A stretch of DNA of 64,000 bases from a virus (Duplodnaviria; Caudoviricetes): the IMG/VR virus record IMGVR_UViG_3300002092_001784, positions 1 through 64,000 of that record, one strand, 5' to 3'. Positions 18,768 through 29,341 of this stretch are shown here, piece after piece (position 1 is the first letter of the stretch; every line of letters begins with the position of its first letter). Both the position numbers and the translations under genes were made by a program. The notes beneath the pieces were generated by a model. That model was not told the origin of the DNA. It ran no database searches and saw only the letters and a program-made list of their open reading frames with translations.

Positions 18768-21700
18768 ATGGACAATTCTGATAAAATAAAATTTACTAAT
18801 AGTCTAGCTCAAGCCACAGAAAATCTTACAAGAAAAACGGAAGAACTTAGGGCTAAAAGGCAAGAATTGGATGATTTGGATGAGAGAATTTCAATCAACA
18901 GCTCCAATTACAGTAATGAGCAATTAGAAGCCGAAAAACAAAAAAAGAAAGCGGCAGAAGAATATATTGTCGTTACCGAACGTCAAATTAAAAAAATAGA
19001 GAGATTTATATCAGCTTCGGCTGATATTAAAAAATCAGGTAAAGAGTTCAGAGAACTTAATGCTAATATAAAAGAATCTACAAATTCTACGGATACTCTT
19101 ATTGGTAGTATATCTGCTATGGGTAAGGAAGCAATTAAAACTGCTAGAACTTCCATAAAAATAGGTCCGGATGATACTTCTATTGGATTTGCACAAAAAT
19201 TAACAGAAACCATTACGGGCATACAAAAGGCTCAGTTGGGAGTTCTTGGTGCGCAGAGTGGAACTAATGATGAGTTACAAACTGCAACAAATGTACTACA
19301 ACAGCAAATGGGTATTTATTACCAATTACTGGATAGTCAATCCGCATTTATATCAGGTAATAAAACCGTTGCAAGGGGTATTAATGAAATCACACAACAG
19401 GCAAAAGAAGCCAATACTGAATTAAGTTTAATTGGTGTAGTACCTATTCAAAATTCAATAGATGCATTTAAGCAGACAAGTACTATACTTTCCTCAAACG
19501 TATTGGCAGGAAAAGAAATGTCACAAACCATGCGTAATATTGGGTATGATATTTCTAAATTGGGTGAGATACAATCCGATGTTTTTGGTAATACTGGCAA
19601 AGAATCAAGAATAATTGATTCCATCGCAGAAGCCACCGTTGCTAGAGGACAGGCAATGGTACAATTTATGAATGCCATTGCAAGCGGAGATGTGAAGCAA
19701 CAAGAAGAATCATTAAAGGTATTAAAACAAAGAGAGGCTAACTATAATTCCATCTTAACCACATATGGTAGTGAGATACGTTCTTCTGAAATGTTATCAA
19801 AAACAGTAAATAATTTAAGTAGTGAATTTGATAATCTAAAAGGTAAGATAACGGAAGTTAGTAATACCAATCCGTTTGATAGAATGAAAGATTCAGCTAT
19901 ATCGTTGAGTAATACTATATCTGATATAAAAATGTCTCAAAGTTCGACTAAAGATATGGGTGCTGGATTATCTTCAATTTCATCTGGTTCAAAATCAATT
20001 ACAACGAATGCGAAGGCGGGAAAATATGATGACAGGCAATTGGCATTTGCAGTTAAAATACAGGATGCAGCAGAAAAATACGCTCAAGCTCAAAAGGAGA
20101 ATTTTAATTCAGCGGGTAAGACCAAAGAAGAACAAAAAGAGACTGCAGATATTCTAATTCAAGCTGAAAAAATATGGGCATCGATCATAAAAGAAATGCA
20201 AGATGGTGATGCTAAATTAAAGCAATTCGCAGGTAGTGTAAATACTATGAATACCGGTTTCAAAAATGTTTCAAAGGAAATGAGAATTGTTCATGGGTTA
20301 ACCGAAGATGAAGTTACACAATTAAAAAAATTAACATCGGCCGCAGACGAGTTTGGTATAAAAATGAAAGCAATAGGTTCGACAATTAGCCTTATACGGA
20401 AAAGACCATTGGTTTTGCTTGGTTTGGGAATTATGGCGGCGGGTAAGGCTATGAGTTATCTTACCGATACCGTCAAACAGATGGGTGGTTATATTGAAGG
20501 TACTACACTAGCTACTGCAGGATTGAGTGTTTTTTTCAAAGATGCGGTCGGACAGGCAATATCACTTTCCGACCAATTTGGTGGCATTCGAAACGTATCA
20601 AATGCCACACAGTTAAATGCCAATTTATTAGCTTCTAATCTAAACCTATCCAGTGATGAAACCGCTAAATTGATTGGTGGATTTGCCCGATTAAGTGATG
20701 GTACAGCAGAAAGTGCTGAAAACTTAATGGCCGGAAGTGCAGAATTGGCAAAAGTGAATGGGTTAATACCTTCTGTTGTTATGAAGGATTTGGCAGGAAG
20801 TACTGAGCAATTTGCAATGTGGGGTGGTAAAGGTGGTGAAAATGTATTAAAAGCAGCAGTTGCCGCCGGTAAATTGGGTATTAACATGCAGAAGGTGAGC
20901 CAAGCAACTGACAAACTTCTTGATTTTGATAGTTCAATGTCAGATGAGTTAGAAGCTCAATCTATGTTAGGTAGAAATATAAATTTATCACGTGCACGTT
21001 CATTGGCATATGAGGGTAAGCGTGGCGAAGCACTTAAAGAAGAAATTACACAATTAGGTGGTATTGATCAGTGGAATAAAGCAGATTACTATGGTAAGCA
21101 AGAAATTCTTAAAATAACAGGCTTAACCGCAGAAGATTATCAGAAAGCGGCTTCAAACTTGAGTTTAATAAATGATAAGGGTGAGGTAATGGTTGAACAT
21201 GCCGAAGCCTCAAATAAGCAATTCAGTCAGGCAGACGAATTACTGAAAAATATGGCACTCAATGCCGGACCTAAAGCAGTAGAAGCTGCTGGTGGATTTA
21301 TGACATTATTAGGTGCAGCTGGAGGTATTGGGCAGGCAATTGGTGGGGCTGGTACAATAATTGGTGGAATTGGTAAACTATTTGGAAAGGGTAAAGGTGC
21401 GGAGGGTACAACGCCAACTGAAGCATCAATTCCAACAACCACTACTACGATACCGCAAGCAACTACCAATATTGGAGAAGAAGCTAAGAATATAATGGCT
21501 GAAAATGCAGCAGAAAACTTAGCCGGTAAATCAAAAATTCCTAATGTTGGTGAGGAAGTTGGAAACGTTGGTAAAGTTGAGAAAGGAGCTGAAGCTGCTA
21601 CTTCAAGCGGTGGTATCGGTGGCGCATTGAAAAATTTAGCAAGTGGATTGGAAGCAATGGGAACTGGTAAGGTTGCTATTGGTATATTAAATCTTGGATT

Positions 21701-23396
21701 GATTGCATTGGTTTTTGCTGGTGCAATGATAGCGGCAGCATATGGGTTTAACCAATTCGCTAATGTGGATTGGCAATCTATGGCAAAGGGCGGCGCTACA
21801 TTGGTTGGACTTGGTGTAATCGCATGGGGTATTTCTAAAATAGAAGGCGATATACTGAAAGGTGCCGCCGCAATTGCATTGTTAGGGCTGGCTATGATAC
21901 CGTTTGCATACGGATTGAGTTTATTAAAAGGTATAGATTTTGATACGGTAGGTGCGGCGGCTGAAGCATTATTGGTATTCGCCGCAGCGGCAGTTGTGTT
22001 CACTGCATTATCTGAAGTAATGTTGCCGGGTATTGCTATATTGGCATTATTGGGTATTGGAATTGCCGCATTTGGTGCTGGGTTGGAAATACTCGGTGGG
22101 GGTATAAAATCAGTTATATCATCATTGGGTGAAATGTCAACTCAATTAATTACATTATCTGGTATTGATTATACAAAAATATTGGGATTAGGCGCTTCTC
22201 TTGGCGTGTTGGCACTTTCACTTGGAGGATTTGCGATAACGGGATTATTGGCATTACCTGCATTGGTATCTGTGTCAGCCGGATTCAGTGTAATGGGTGT
22301 TGCTATGTTGGTAATGGGTGCTGGATTATCTGTATTATCAATGGGATTATCTTCGGTAGTGAATCAACTATCTACGTTGGCTCAGTTGGGTTTTGCTGGA
22401 ATCTTAGGGTTGGCAACTTCAATAGGATTATTATCACTTTCACTTGGTGGGTTTGCAGTAGCTGGTTTATTGGTATTACCTGCATTGGTTTCAGTTTCAG
22501 CCGGATTGTTGTTAATGGGAGCCGCATTATCTGTAATGGGGATGGGTGTATCCGTATTATCAACTTCGTTATCTACAATCGTAACTCAAATATCTGCTCT
22601 ATCACAAATCGGGTTTGCTGGGATTATGGGATTGGCCACTTCCATTGGATTATTAGCTCTTTCGCTTGGAGCATTTTCTGTGACAGGTTTATTAGTACTA
22701 CCTGCAATGGTTTCCGTTTCGGCTGGATTGGTGTTGGTTGGATTGGCACTCGGTGGTGTTGGTAGCGGATTATCTATATTATCAACCGGAGTATCTGCTA
22801 TTGTGACTCAATTATCTACTCTTTCACAAATAGGTTTTACTGATATATTAGGATTGGCTGGCTCTATGGGTATGTTGGGACTTTCATTGGGGGGATTTGC
22901 TATAAGTGGATTATTAGCAATACCTGCATTATTTGGTGTTGGTGTTGGGGTAATGGCAATGGGTGCAGCATTTACCGTAATGGGTGCTGGATTATCGGTT
23001 TTATCAACCGGATTGCCTATGGTAGTAGATCAGTTATCAGCCTTATCTCAAATAAGTTTTCTTCCAATTTTAGGATTAGCATCGGCAATAGGAACATTAT
23101 CTCTTGCTATGGTAGCATTTACAGCAGCTGGTTTATTGGCATTACCTATATTAAGTGGTGTTACGGCAGTAGGTTCGTTAATGGGTATAAATTCCAACAA
23201 TACTACTACAACTAATACTACTAAAACAGATAACGCAATACCTGCTGTGATGACGGATGTACTAAATGAAATTAAAGGATTACGAGGTGATTTGAACGCA
23301 GGAAAGATAGCAGTATATATGGATGGTGTAAAAGTTACAACGGGTGTAAATAGAGTAGTGGACAGAACTACTACAAATTATTATTCACATACATAA
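18768..23396 (+). CDS. Tape measure protein
   Basis: 1542 aa, helical and Ala/Gly-rich with a hydrophobic C-terminal half, located after tube and chaperone. Confidence 0.9.
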   Translation: MDNSDKIKFTNSLAQATENLTRKTEELRAKRQELDDLDERISINSSNYSNEQLEAEKQKKKAAEEYIVVTERQIKKIERFISASADIKKSGKEFRELNANIKESTNSTDTLIGSISAMGKEAIKTARTSIKIGPDDTSIGFAQKLTETITGIQKAQLGVLGAQSGTNDELQTATNVLQQQMGIYYQLLDSQSAFISGNKTVARGINEITQQAKEANTELSLIGVVPIQNSIDAFKQTSTILSSNVLAGKEMSQTMRNIGYDISKLGEIQSDVFGNTGKESRIIDSIAEATVARGQAMVQFMNAIASGDVKQQEESLKVLKQREANYNSILTTYGSEIRSSEMLSKTVNNLSSEFDNLKGKITEVSNTNPFDRMKDSAISLSNTISDIKMSQSSTKDMGAGLSSISSGSKSITTNAKAGKYDDRQLAFAVKIQDAAEKYAQAQKENFNSAGKTKEEQKETADILIQAEKIWASIIKEMQDGDAKLKQFAGSVNTMNTGFKNVSKEMRIVHGLTEDEVTQLKKLTSAADEFGIKMKAIGSTISLIRKRPLVLLGLGIMAAGKAMSYLTDTVKQMGGYIEGTTLATAGLSVFFKDAVGQAISLSDQFGGIRNVSNATQLNANLLASNLNLSSDETAKLIGGFARLSDGTAESAENLMAGSAELAKVNGLIPSVVMKDLAGSTEQFAMWGGKGGENVLKAAVAAGKLGINMQKVSQATDKLLDFDSSMSDELEAQSMLGRNINLSRARSLAYEGKRGEALKEEITQLGGIDQWNKADYYGKQEILKITGLTAEDYQKAASNLSLINDKGEVMVEHAEASNKQFSQADELLKNMALNAGPKAVEAAGGFMTLLGAAGGIGQAIGGAGTIIGGIGKLFGKGKGAEGTTPTEASIPTTTTTIPQATTNIGEEAKNIMAENAAENLAGKSKIPNVGEEVGNVGKVEKGAEAATSSGGIGGALKNLASGLEAMGTGKVAIGILNLGLIALVFAGAMIAAAYGFNQFANVDWQSMAKGGATLVGLGVIAWGISKIEGDILKGAAAIALLGLAMIPFAYGLSLLKGIDFDTVGAAAEALLVFAAAAVVFTALSEVMLPGIAILALLGIGIAAFGAGLEILGGGIKSVISSLGEMSTQLITLSGIDYTKILGLGASLGVLALSLGGFAITGLLALPALVSVSAGFSVMGVAMLVMGAGLSVLSMGLSSVVNQLSTLAQLGFAGILGLATSIGLLSLSLGGFAVAGLLVLPALVSVSAGLLLMGAALSVMGMGVSVLSTSLSTIVTQISALSQIGFAGIMGLATSIGLLALSLGAFSVTGLLVLPAMVSVSAGLVLVGLALGGVGSGLSILSTGVSAIVTQLSTLSQIGFTDILGLAGSMGMLGLSLGGFAISGLLAIPALFGVGVGVMAMGAAFTVMGAGLSVLSTGLPMVVDQLSALSQISFLPILGLASAIGTLSLAMVAFTAAGLLALPILSGVTAVGSLMGINSNNTTTTNTTKTDNAIPAVMTDVLNEIKGLRGDLNAGKIAVYMDGVKVTTGVNRVVDRTTTNYYSHT
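22143..23160 (+). repeat. About 4.6 tandem copies of a 74-aa (222-nt) hydrophobic unit in the tape measure
   Basis: Units start at 22143, 22365, 22587, 22809 and 23031 (Q(L/I)xxL...ILGL...LSLGGF...GLL.LPA). Confidence 0.9.
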
Positions 23397-25444
23397 TGGG
23401 AAAGACAATATTAGAATTATTTCAATCGAAGCAATTACCACAAGAATCTGGAAAAACTGCCCAGCAGGCGTATGATATACATAATAGTAAGGCTCATAGG
23501 AATGAATCACAATCCCCATTAATAAATTTGGTAGGATTTCCTGCACAGCAAGCACTTAGAAACGCAGTATCATCAAGAACTTCTGAAACTCGATTAGAAG
23601 AAGAATTATCAGGTATTCAACCACTTACGATGGTAAGTACTCCGTTTTTATATGGTACTGATATTATTAGATTAAAAACAAAAACTACATCCGAAAAGGA
23701 TGATATGGTAAATGATGTAAACACATCAGGTGGCAGTAATGGGTTGATTGGTGGTGCATTGAAAAGTCTTGCATCGGGTGTTAACTCATTGTTGGGTATG
23801 CCTGTTGATATTATACCAACAAGATTAAAACTTGATTCTAAATTCAAAAATGCAAATGCTTGGGAATATACTACGGTATTACCACAAGTAAAAAAAGATG
23901 CAGCTGGGAGTATAATAGGACAATTTTTGAAAAAAAATGGAGTAAGTGGTAATCCAAGTCAAATAGCACAGGCGGCACTTGGTGGTCTTATTAATACAGC
24001 AACAAGTGCGGTATCTGGTCTTATAATGGGTACGCCAAAAACAGTTGTATTACCATATCCAACATTGAAAGGTAATTATATAACTACAATTGGACAGCCA
24101 GACGATGGTGGGGGTTCTATGTTTTTGATGGCTGGTCTTCCAGTAACATATCCTTTTTATGGATCAGGTGGTGATCCCGGTGCATATGCAATTCAACATC
24201 TTCATTATGGCGACCCTTCCAGTGGTGGTGCAAATTATTCAATAACAATATCGAAAGATAATTTAGCAACTGCGGATAGAAATGATTTATCCACACTGAT
24301 GCAAGTTTATGGTAAATCTATTTTACCGAACGATATTGATCCAGAACGTATTCTGAAAACAAGAAGATATTCAAGTACAGTAAGTACTGATGATTATGGT
24401 GGAAAATCCGATGAATCGTATGGTAAATGGTTCATAGATAAATCAGATAATAGTTCGTATATGATAGAAACCTATCAACGGACTAGTACTATAATGGGTA
24501 AGCAAAATAAACAGTTTGATAAAACCAAAGGGGATGAATGGGAATATGATTTTATTGATTTGATTTTTAAGTCAGTTTTCACAGGAAAGTTTATTCAATT
24601 TGCAGCAACCGTAACTGGGTTGAGTGAAACGTTTTCTCCGGGATGGGATTCTGCTCAATTTATTGGTTCACCTTATAAATATTACACCTATGGTAGTATT
24701 GAACGTAGTGTTACTTTTGATTTCAAAGTATTTGCCAGAAATGAAAGAGAGCATATGAATAATTGGGATAGACTTCAAGTATTGGCAAATATGGTATATC
24801 CGCAAGGAGTAACCAATGCTGGGTCTATACAACCACCAATATTACAATTAACATTGGGAACTTTATACTATTACAGTTATGGTTTTATTGAAAATTTATC
24901 ATATACTATTGATGATAATACGCCATGGGAGTTAGGATTGCCATATAGTGAAGCTGAAAATTATACAGGAGATATTGATCAATATTCAAATGATTTAGTA
25001 AATTATGTTACACCTAAAATAATTACAGTTGCGGTTACCTTTAAGTTATTACAATCTGCGGCTACATCAAATGTGTATCCATTTCCTAACCGTAAAGCAG
25101 CTCCACCACCGGCACCTGCAGCAGCTACACCTGCATATGATAAAAATTCTTTACCATCTGCTGGAGCTGGTGGTACAACTGGAGCTACACCAGCATTGGC
25201 GACACGAACAGGAACATTCGCTCAACCAGCCGAATTGATAAGACCATTTGGGCCTGAAAGTGGTGAAGATTTTGGTTTGCCAAATCCTTCAGCAGTGAGA
25301 GCACCAAGTCCGTCTCTTATGAACCCGAATTTACCGAGTGTACCAAGTTCACAACTTGCTAATATGGATCGTACCGTTACGGTAACTACCACACAAACTG
25401 GGTTACCGGTACAGTCACCGCTTACTTTACCAAAACCAAAATAA
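23396..25444 (+). CDS. Baseplate/tube-initiator-type protein with Pro/Ala-rich C-terminal tail
   Basis: Coupled to the tape measure gene (TAATG). GLSETFSPGW...IG...YTY...ERSVTFDF...PP..QLTLG is typical of tube-initiator domains. Confidence 0.6.
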   Translation: MGKTILELFQSKQLPQESGKTAQQAYDIHNSKAHRNESQSPLINLVGFPAQQALRNAVSSRTSETRLEEELSGIQPLTMVSTPFLYGTDIIRLKTKTTSEKDDMVNDVNTSGGSNGLIGGALKSLASGVNSLLGMPVDIIPTRLKLDSKFKNANAWEYTTVLPQVKKDAAGSIIGQFLKKNGVSGNPSQIAQAALGGLINTATSAVSGLIMGTPKTVVLPYPTLKGNYITTIGQPDDGGGSMFLMAGLPVTYPFYGSGGDPGAYAIQHLHYGDPSSGGANYSITISKDNLATADRNDLSTLMQVYGKSILPNDIDPERILKTRRYSSTVSTDDYGGKSDESYGKWFIDKSDNSSYMIETYQRTSTIMGKQNKQFDKTKGDEWEYDFIDLIFKSVFTGKFIQFAATVTGLSETFSPGWDSAQFIGSPYKYYTYGSIERSVTFDFKVFARNEREHMNNWDRLQVLANMVYPQGVTNAGSIQPPILQLTLGTLYYYSYGFIENLSYTIDDNTPWELGLPYSEAENYTGDIDQYSNDLVNYVTPKIITVAVTFKLLQSAATSNVYPFPNRKAAPPPAPAAATPAYDKNSLPSAGAGGTTGATPALATRTGTFAQPAELIRPFGPESGEDFGLPNPSAVRAPSPSLMNPNLPSVPSSQLANMDRTVTVTTTQTGLPVQSPLTLPKPK

Positions 25445-25465
25445 TAAATTAAATTCATAAAAAAT

Positions 25466-25762
25466 ATGAATAGTAGATATAAAATGAAGAGTACAAAAAC
25501 ATCGACAGATGGTAGAGTAGTATATCGAAGTACAATATTACCGGATATACCATTGCGTAGTGATGATGTATATGTTGCGGTTGAAACTGGTGATAGATTG
25601 GATACGTTGGCATATCAATATTATAACGATCAAACTCTTTGGTGGATAATCGCATCTGCAAATAATATACATAATGCCTGTTTTGGATTAAAAGATGGGA
25701 CAGTAATACGAATACCTCAAAATTATTTAGAAATTTTAGCAAATACATTAAAATTAAATTAA
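25466..25762 (+). CDS. LysM-like baseplate wedge protein (gp53/P2 gpX-like)
   Basis: GDRLDTLAYQYYND..LWWIIA.AN motif. Confidence 0.85.
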   Translation: MNSRYKMKSTKTSTDGRVVYRSTILPDIPLRSDDVYVAVETGDRLDTLAYQYYNDQTLWWIIASANNIHNACFGLKDGTVIRIPQNYLEILANTLKLN

Positions 25763-25768
25763 ACAGTT

Positions 25769-28264
25769 ATGTCAGCATTTCCAAATTTTTCAAACATATT
25801 ACCGTATGTTCAGACAACAATGAACAGTAGAAAGAACAATATGTTCATTTCTGAATTAGATTGTTGGGTACGTGTCGTATCTGCGGTTGGTAACGGTGCA
25901 GTTTTACTTTCAAATCCAAAAGCAAGTTTGTTTGGTGCTAAAGGTATATATGGTATTCGGGCCGGTGGTATGTTGGGTTATAATTGGCAAGGCGGTATAT
26001 TACAATATACAAATACTAATAATGATGACCTAGCCGGCCGTCCATTACCAGTAGTTACAAGTTTTGAAGTTGATGAAGGTACGGCTAGTACTAATTCTAT
26101 CACACGAAAGGCAAAATTTACAATAAAATGTTTTACACCTGCACAATTACATGATATTTGTGAATATTATTTAGAACCGGGGTTTTCGGTATTCCTAGAA
26201 TGGGGATGGAACACTGCGGCATCTGTGGGTTCTGTTACTAAATTAGATGTTGAAACTATTGCGGCATATCAGAATTTTGAAAAGGTTCATGATAAGAGAA
26301 AAATGAGTAATGCAGAGAGTGATGTATTTTTAGGATTTATCACGGGTGGTACTATACAATCATCAGGCACAACATGGGAAGTTAATGTAGATTGTCATGG
26401 ATTTCCTGAATTGCCCGCATATTTTATGAATGCTGATAGTCATCGGCAGTTGGATATACATGGTAATCTTGTAAAGGAAGATGGTTCTGCTAAAACTGGA
26501 ATGAGATATGAACCAAAAGATATAGATAATGCAGCGGATTTAGATGCAAAACGGTTTATGATGGCATTTAACGCATTACCATCCAATATGCAAACCTACG
26601 AAGTTTCAAGATTGTTGGGAGATGTTGATGTTGCCAATATTATGAATTTTATAAACTATGATGAATCAGTGGCAGCAGCTGCTAACGCTAAAGCACCGGG
26701 TTATATTAATGATTATGCAAACAATCAAGAAATAATAAAGAGTACACGTGGATTATCAGCAAATATTCCTTCAAAATCAAATGATGCCAACAAACCAATC
26801 GGTGATGAGAAATTTATTAGATTTGGGGCATTGGTAAAAATGATGAACGCAAAAGCAGCAAAAGGTTACGCAATTGGTAATGATCAATGTGTCTTATTTG
26901 AAATAGATACAACAACAAGTGTAATTTCTGCATTTCCTAAAATTTTTAGTACCGATAAATCAAAATTATTCATTCCAAACCCACAAACACCACATCCTAC
27001 ATTTGTAAGTGCAACTGGAACAACCGATCAGGTAAAATTTGGCGATCCAATAGATAATACGGTTAAAGGTACTAAAGCCTTTACCAATAAACTTGATAAG
27101 GTTACCTTTCCAATGAATGCACCGATTAAAGATGGCATGTGGAATGGTATTGCTTTAACATATACTGATGAATCCAAAGGAATACCGGGAATTGATAAAG
27201 AAGAAAATCAATGGGGTTTCTTAAATGATTTATATGTTAATGCTGATTTTGCGAAAGGTATACTTGATACCAAAAACTTTGTAATAAAAGATGCATTATA
27301 TCAAATCCTAAATGGGTTATCATCTGCGGCCGGTGGTATGTGGGATTTCCAAATTGAATCAGTACCGATTGCGGCTGATACTGATGTAAAATCCGCAGGT
27401 ATTGTGGTTGCTAAAATGAAAAAGGGGGATACTATATTGAAAGTAGTTGATTTGAATTTCATTCCAATACACAAAGATGATCCGATTTATACGTTTGAAT
27501 TGCAAGGTATACATTCTATTTTTATGCAAGCATCGTTTGATATGAATATTAGTGGGGCACGTATGAATCAAATTATTGCACAACGTAATAATGTTGCACA
27601 GAACTCATCAATGTCTGCTGCATCATATGGAAAATTGTTCTCTGGAAAGCAAGATATGATTTTGCAAAAAATATATGGTATGCAGGATAACGCTCAGGCT
27701 GCTGCTGGTACACCACCACCTGCTGCAAAAACCAAACCATCACCGGAGGATGAGGCAAAAAAGAAAAAAATATTTAATGATAAGTTGGCAATGTATCCGC
27801 ATGTGAAAGATGATAAAACTGCTCCTGATTTTGGTGATGACCCATTTATTAATTATTATTTGGGGGCATACTCCGATTCTAACTTTTTTGAATCGTTTAA
27901 GCTTGAAAACCAAGGAGATCAAAAGGCGCAGAAATTGGTTACACCACCTATGGGGATAAAATTTAATTTTACAATACATGGGGTTTCTGGACTTAACAGA
28001 GGTGATAAATTCAAAGTACATGGTATACCTAAAGATTATTATGATAGTGGATTTTTTCAAATACGAGGAATAAAACATACATTGGAAGGTATGTTATGGA
28101 AAACGGAAGTAACTGGAGAATATAGACGTATATATGATTCAATAAGTACGTTTGACGCAACTGAAGTTCACGTTCCGGATTCAATTTCTGCATCAACCAA
28201 ACCATCACAAACATTCAATGCGGAGGCGGTTGTTAATAATACGTTTAACGTTAAATCTGAATAA
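25769..28264 (+). CDS. Baseplate hub protein (gp27/gpD-like)
   Basis: Follows the LysM-like gene; PG.SVFLEWGW and C-terminal GI..GD.F...GIP...F.I..I.H..W.TEV.G motifs. Confidence 0.65.
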   Translation: MSAFPNFSNILPYVQTTMNSRKNNMFISELDCWVRVVSAVGNGAVLLSNPKASLFGAKGIYGIRAGGMLGYNWQGGILQYTNTNNDDLAGRPLPVVTSFEVDEGTASTNSITRKAKFTIKCFTPAQLHDICEYYLEPGFSVFLEWGWNTAASVGSVTKLDVETIAAYQNFEKVHDKRKMSNAESDVFLGFITGGTIQSSGTTWEVNVDCHGFPELPAYFMNADSHRQLDIHGNLVKEDGSAKTGMRYEPKDIDNAADLDAKRFMMAFNALPSNMQTYEVSRLLGDVDVANIMNFINYDESVAAAANAKAPGYINDYANNQEIIKSTRGLSANIPSKSNDANKPIGDEKFIRFGALVKMMNAKAAKGYAIGNDQCVLFEIDTTTSVISAFPKIFSTDKSKLFIPNPQTPHPTFVSATGTTDQVKFGDPIDNTVKGTKAFTNKLDKVTFPMNAPIKDGMWNGIALTYTDESKGIPGIDKEENQWGFLNDLYVNADFAKGILDTKNFVIKDALYQILNGLSSAAGGMWDFQIESVPIAADTDVKSAGIVVAKMKKGDTILKVVDLNFIPIHKDDPIYTFELQGIHSIFMQASFDMNISGARMNQIIAQRNNVAQNSSMSAASYGKLFSGKQDMILQKIYGMQDNAQAAAGTPPPAAKTKPSPEDEAKKKKIFNDKLAMYPHVKDDKTAPDFGDDPFINYYLGAYSDSNFFESFKLENQGDQKAQKLVTPPMGIKFNFTIHGVSGLNRGDKFKVHGIPKDYYDSGFFQIRGIKHTLEGMLWKTEVTGEYRRIYDSISTFDATEVHVPDSISASTKPSQTFNAEAVVNNTFNVKSE

Positions 28265-28272
28265 TAACTATT

Positions 28273-28629
28273 ATGAATACGACACGATATACTGATGTGG
28301 CAAAACTATCCAGAGAATATGATTTGAATGTAATAAAACCATTTATACCAACCACAAATCAAAATGATTACAATAGGGGGTATATTACACGGTTTTTTAC
28401 ACAAAAATCAAATGATTCGGCATCTACCGTATATGAGATACATTCATCTACATATTCCAAACTATCCAATAACCCATTTTTTAATACTGTGAGTTTGGAC
28501 TGGCAAATAATAGGTACAGAGGAAAAAATAAAGGATGTTAACAAACGTTCAATACAGTTTGCAGCAAAGACGTTGCCGGCAGTTCAACTTTATTTACCAA
28601 ATCTGTTACAGTTCAGAAAAACTTCTTAA
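28273..28629 (+). CDS. Hypothetical baseplate-adjacent protein
   Basis: Clean 118-aa ORF at the end of the baseplate operon. Confidence 0.6.
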   Translation: MNTTRYTDVAKLSREYDLNVIKPFIPTTNQNDYNRGYITRFFTQKSNDSASTVYEIHSSTYSKLSNNPFFNTVSLDWQIIGTEEKIKDVNKRSIQFAAKTLPAVQLYLPNLLQFRKTS

Positions 28630-28692
28630 AATAATCTTTTTTTTGAACATATATTTATTACTAACAATTTAACAATTTTTTAACATTAAAAA

Positions 28693-28724
28693 TTTGGAAA
28701 CTGATAAAAAATATAGTATATTTG
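28693..28724 (+). promoter_or_regulatory. Bacteroidota-type housekeeping promoter (-33/-7)
   Basis: TTTG-N20-TATATTTG. Confidence 0.8.
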
Positions 28725-28750
28725 AATATAATTAATTAAATAGTATAATT

Positions 28751-29248
28751 ATGAAACAATTTATTTTGAAAGATTCACCGTTTAGAGTAGGTAGCCTGGT
28801 TAATGAGGCAACAGAGACTAAAGACCCTATGGATATTTACAAAGCCAGTAGGGATATTTTGAAACAAAAAAAAGAGTTAGAATCCAAATTAGATTCAATG
28901 CAAACGGAATACGAATCTTTAATTAAAAATCAATTCAATGATAAATTGGACGAATTGGTAGTTACTCTTAAAAAAGTTTATCCTAAAGCAAAGAGTATAA
29001 AACGAGTAGATAAACAATCAGCATATGATGGTGATGTTTTAGTACTGTTTTCAACTGGGAATGAGGTAACCGATCAGGTTTCCGAGAAAAAGAAAATAGA
29101 AGATGCGTTTGGAGAAAAAACTTCGATTGTTGCCAATGGCATCTATGTTAAACCCGATCCTAAATCATCTAAGTATCTATATGGGGGATTAGCCTTACGG
29201 TTTACAAAAGCATATCAAAATAAAATAAGAAATTTCCCAGAATTTTAA
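28751..29248 (+). CDS. Hypothetical protein with LVNE-type leader
   Basis: 165-aa ORF flanked by a promoter and a terminator. Confidence 0.6.
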   Translation: MKQFILKDSPFRVGSLVNEATETKDPMDIYKASRDILKQKKELESKLDSMQTEYESLIKNQFNDKLDELVVTLKKVYPKAKSIKRVDKQSAYDGDVLVLFSTGNEVTDQVSEKKKIEDAFGEKTSIVANGIYVKPDPKSSKYLYGGLALRFTKAYQNKIRNFPEF

Positions 29249-29276
29249 TAATGTAAATATCGAAATAAATGCAATA

Positions 29277-29303
29277 GGGAGAACTAAAAATTCTCCCTTT
29301 TTT
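29277..29303 (+). terminator. Intrinsic terminator
   Basis: GGGAGAA-CTAAAAA-TTCTCCC-TTTTTT. Confidence 0.9.
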
Positions 29304-29304
29304 A

Positions 29305-29336
29305 TTTGGCGATTTGGACTATTTTTCGTATATTTG
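29305..29336 (+). promoter_or_regulatory. Bacteroidota-type promoter
   Basis: TTTG-N20-TATATTTG, immediately before ATG 29342. Confidence 0.8.
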
Positions 29337-29341
29337 TTTCG

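Noticed and set aside
21227-22003. 258-aa minus-strand ORF and other antisense ORFs inside the tape measure, ParB-like and replication genes
   Set aside because: They lie fully antisense to well-supported genes and show no motifs.
10447-28629. Extracellular contractile injection system rather than a phage
   Set aside because: The tail block is contiguous with neck genes and a full T4-like replisome.
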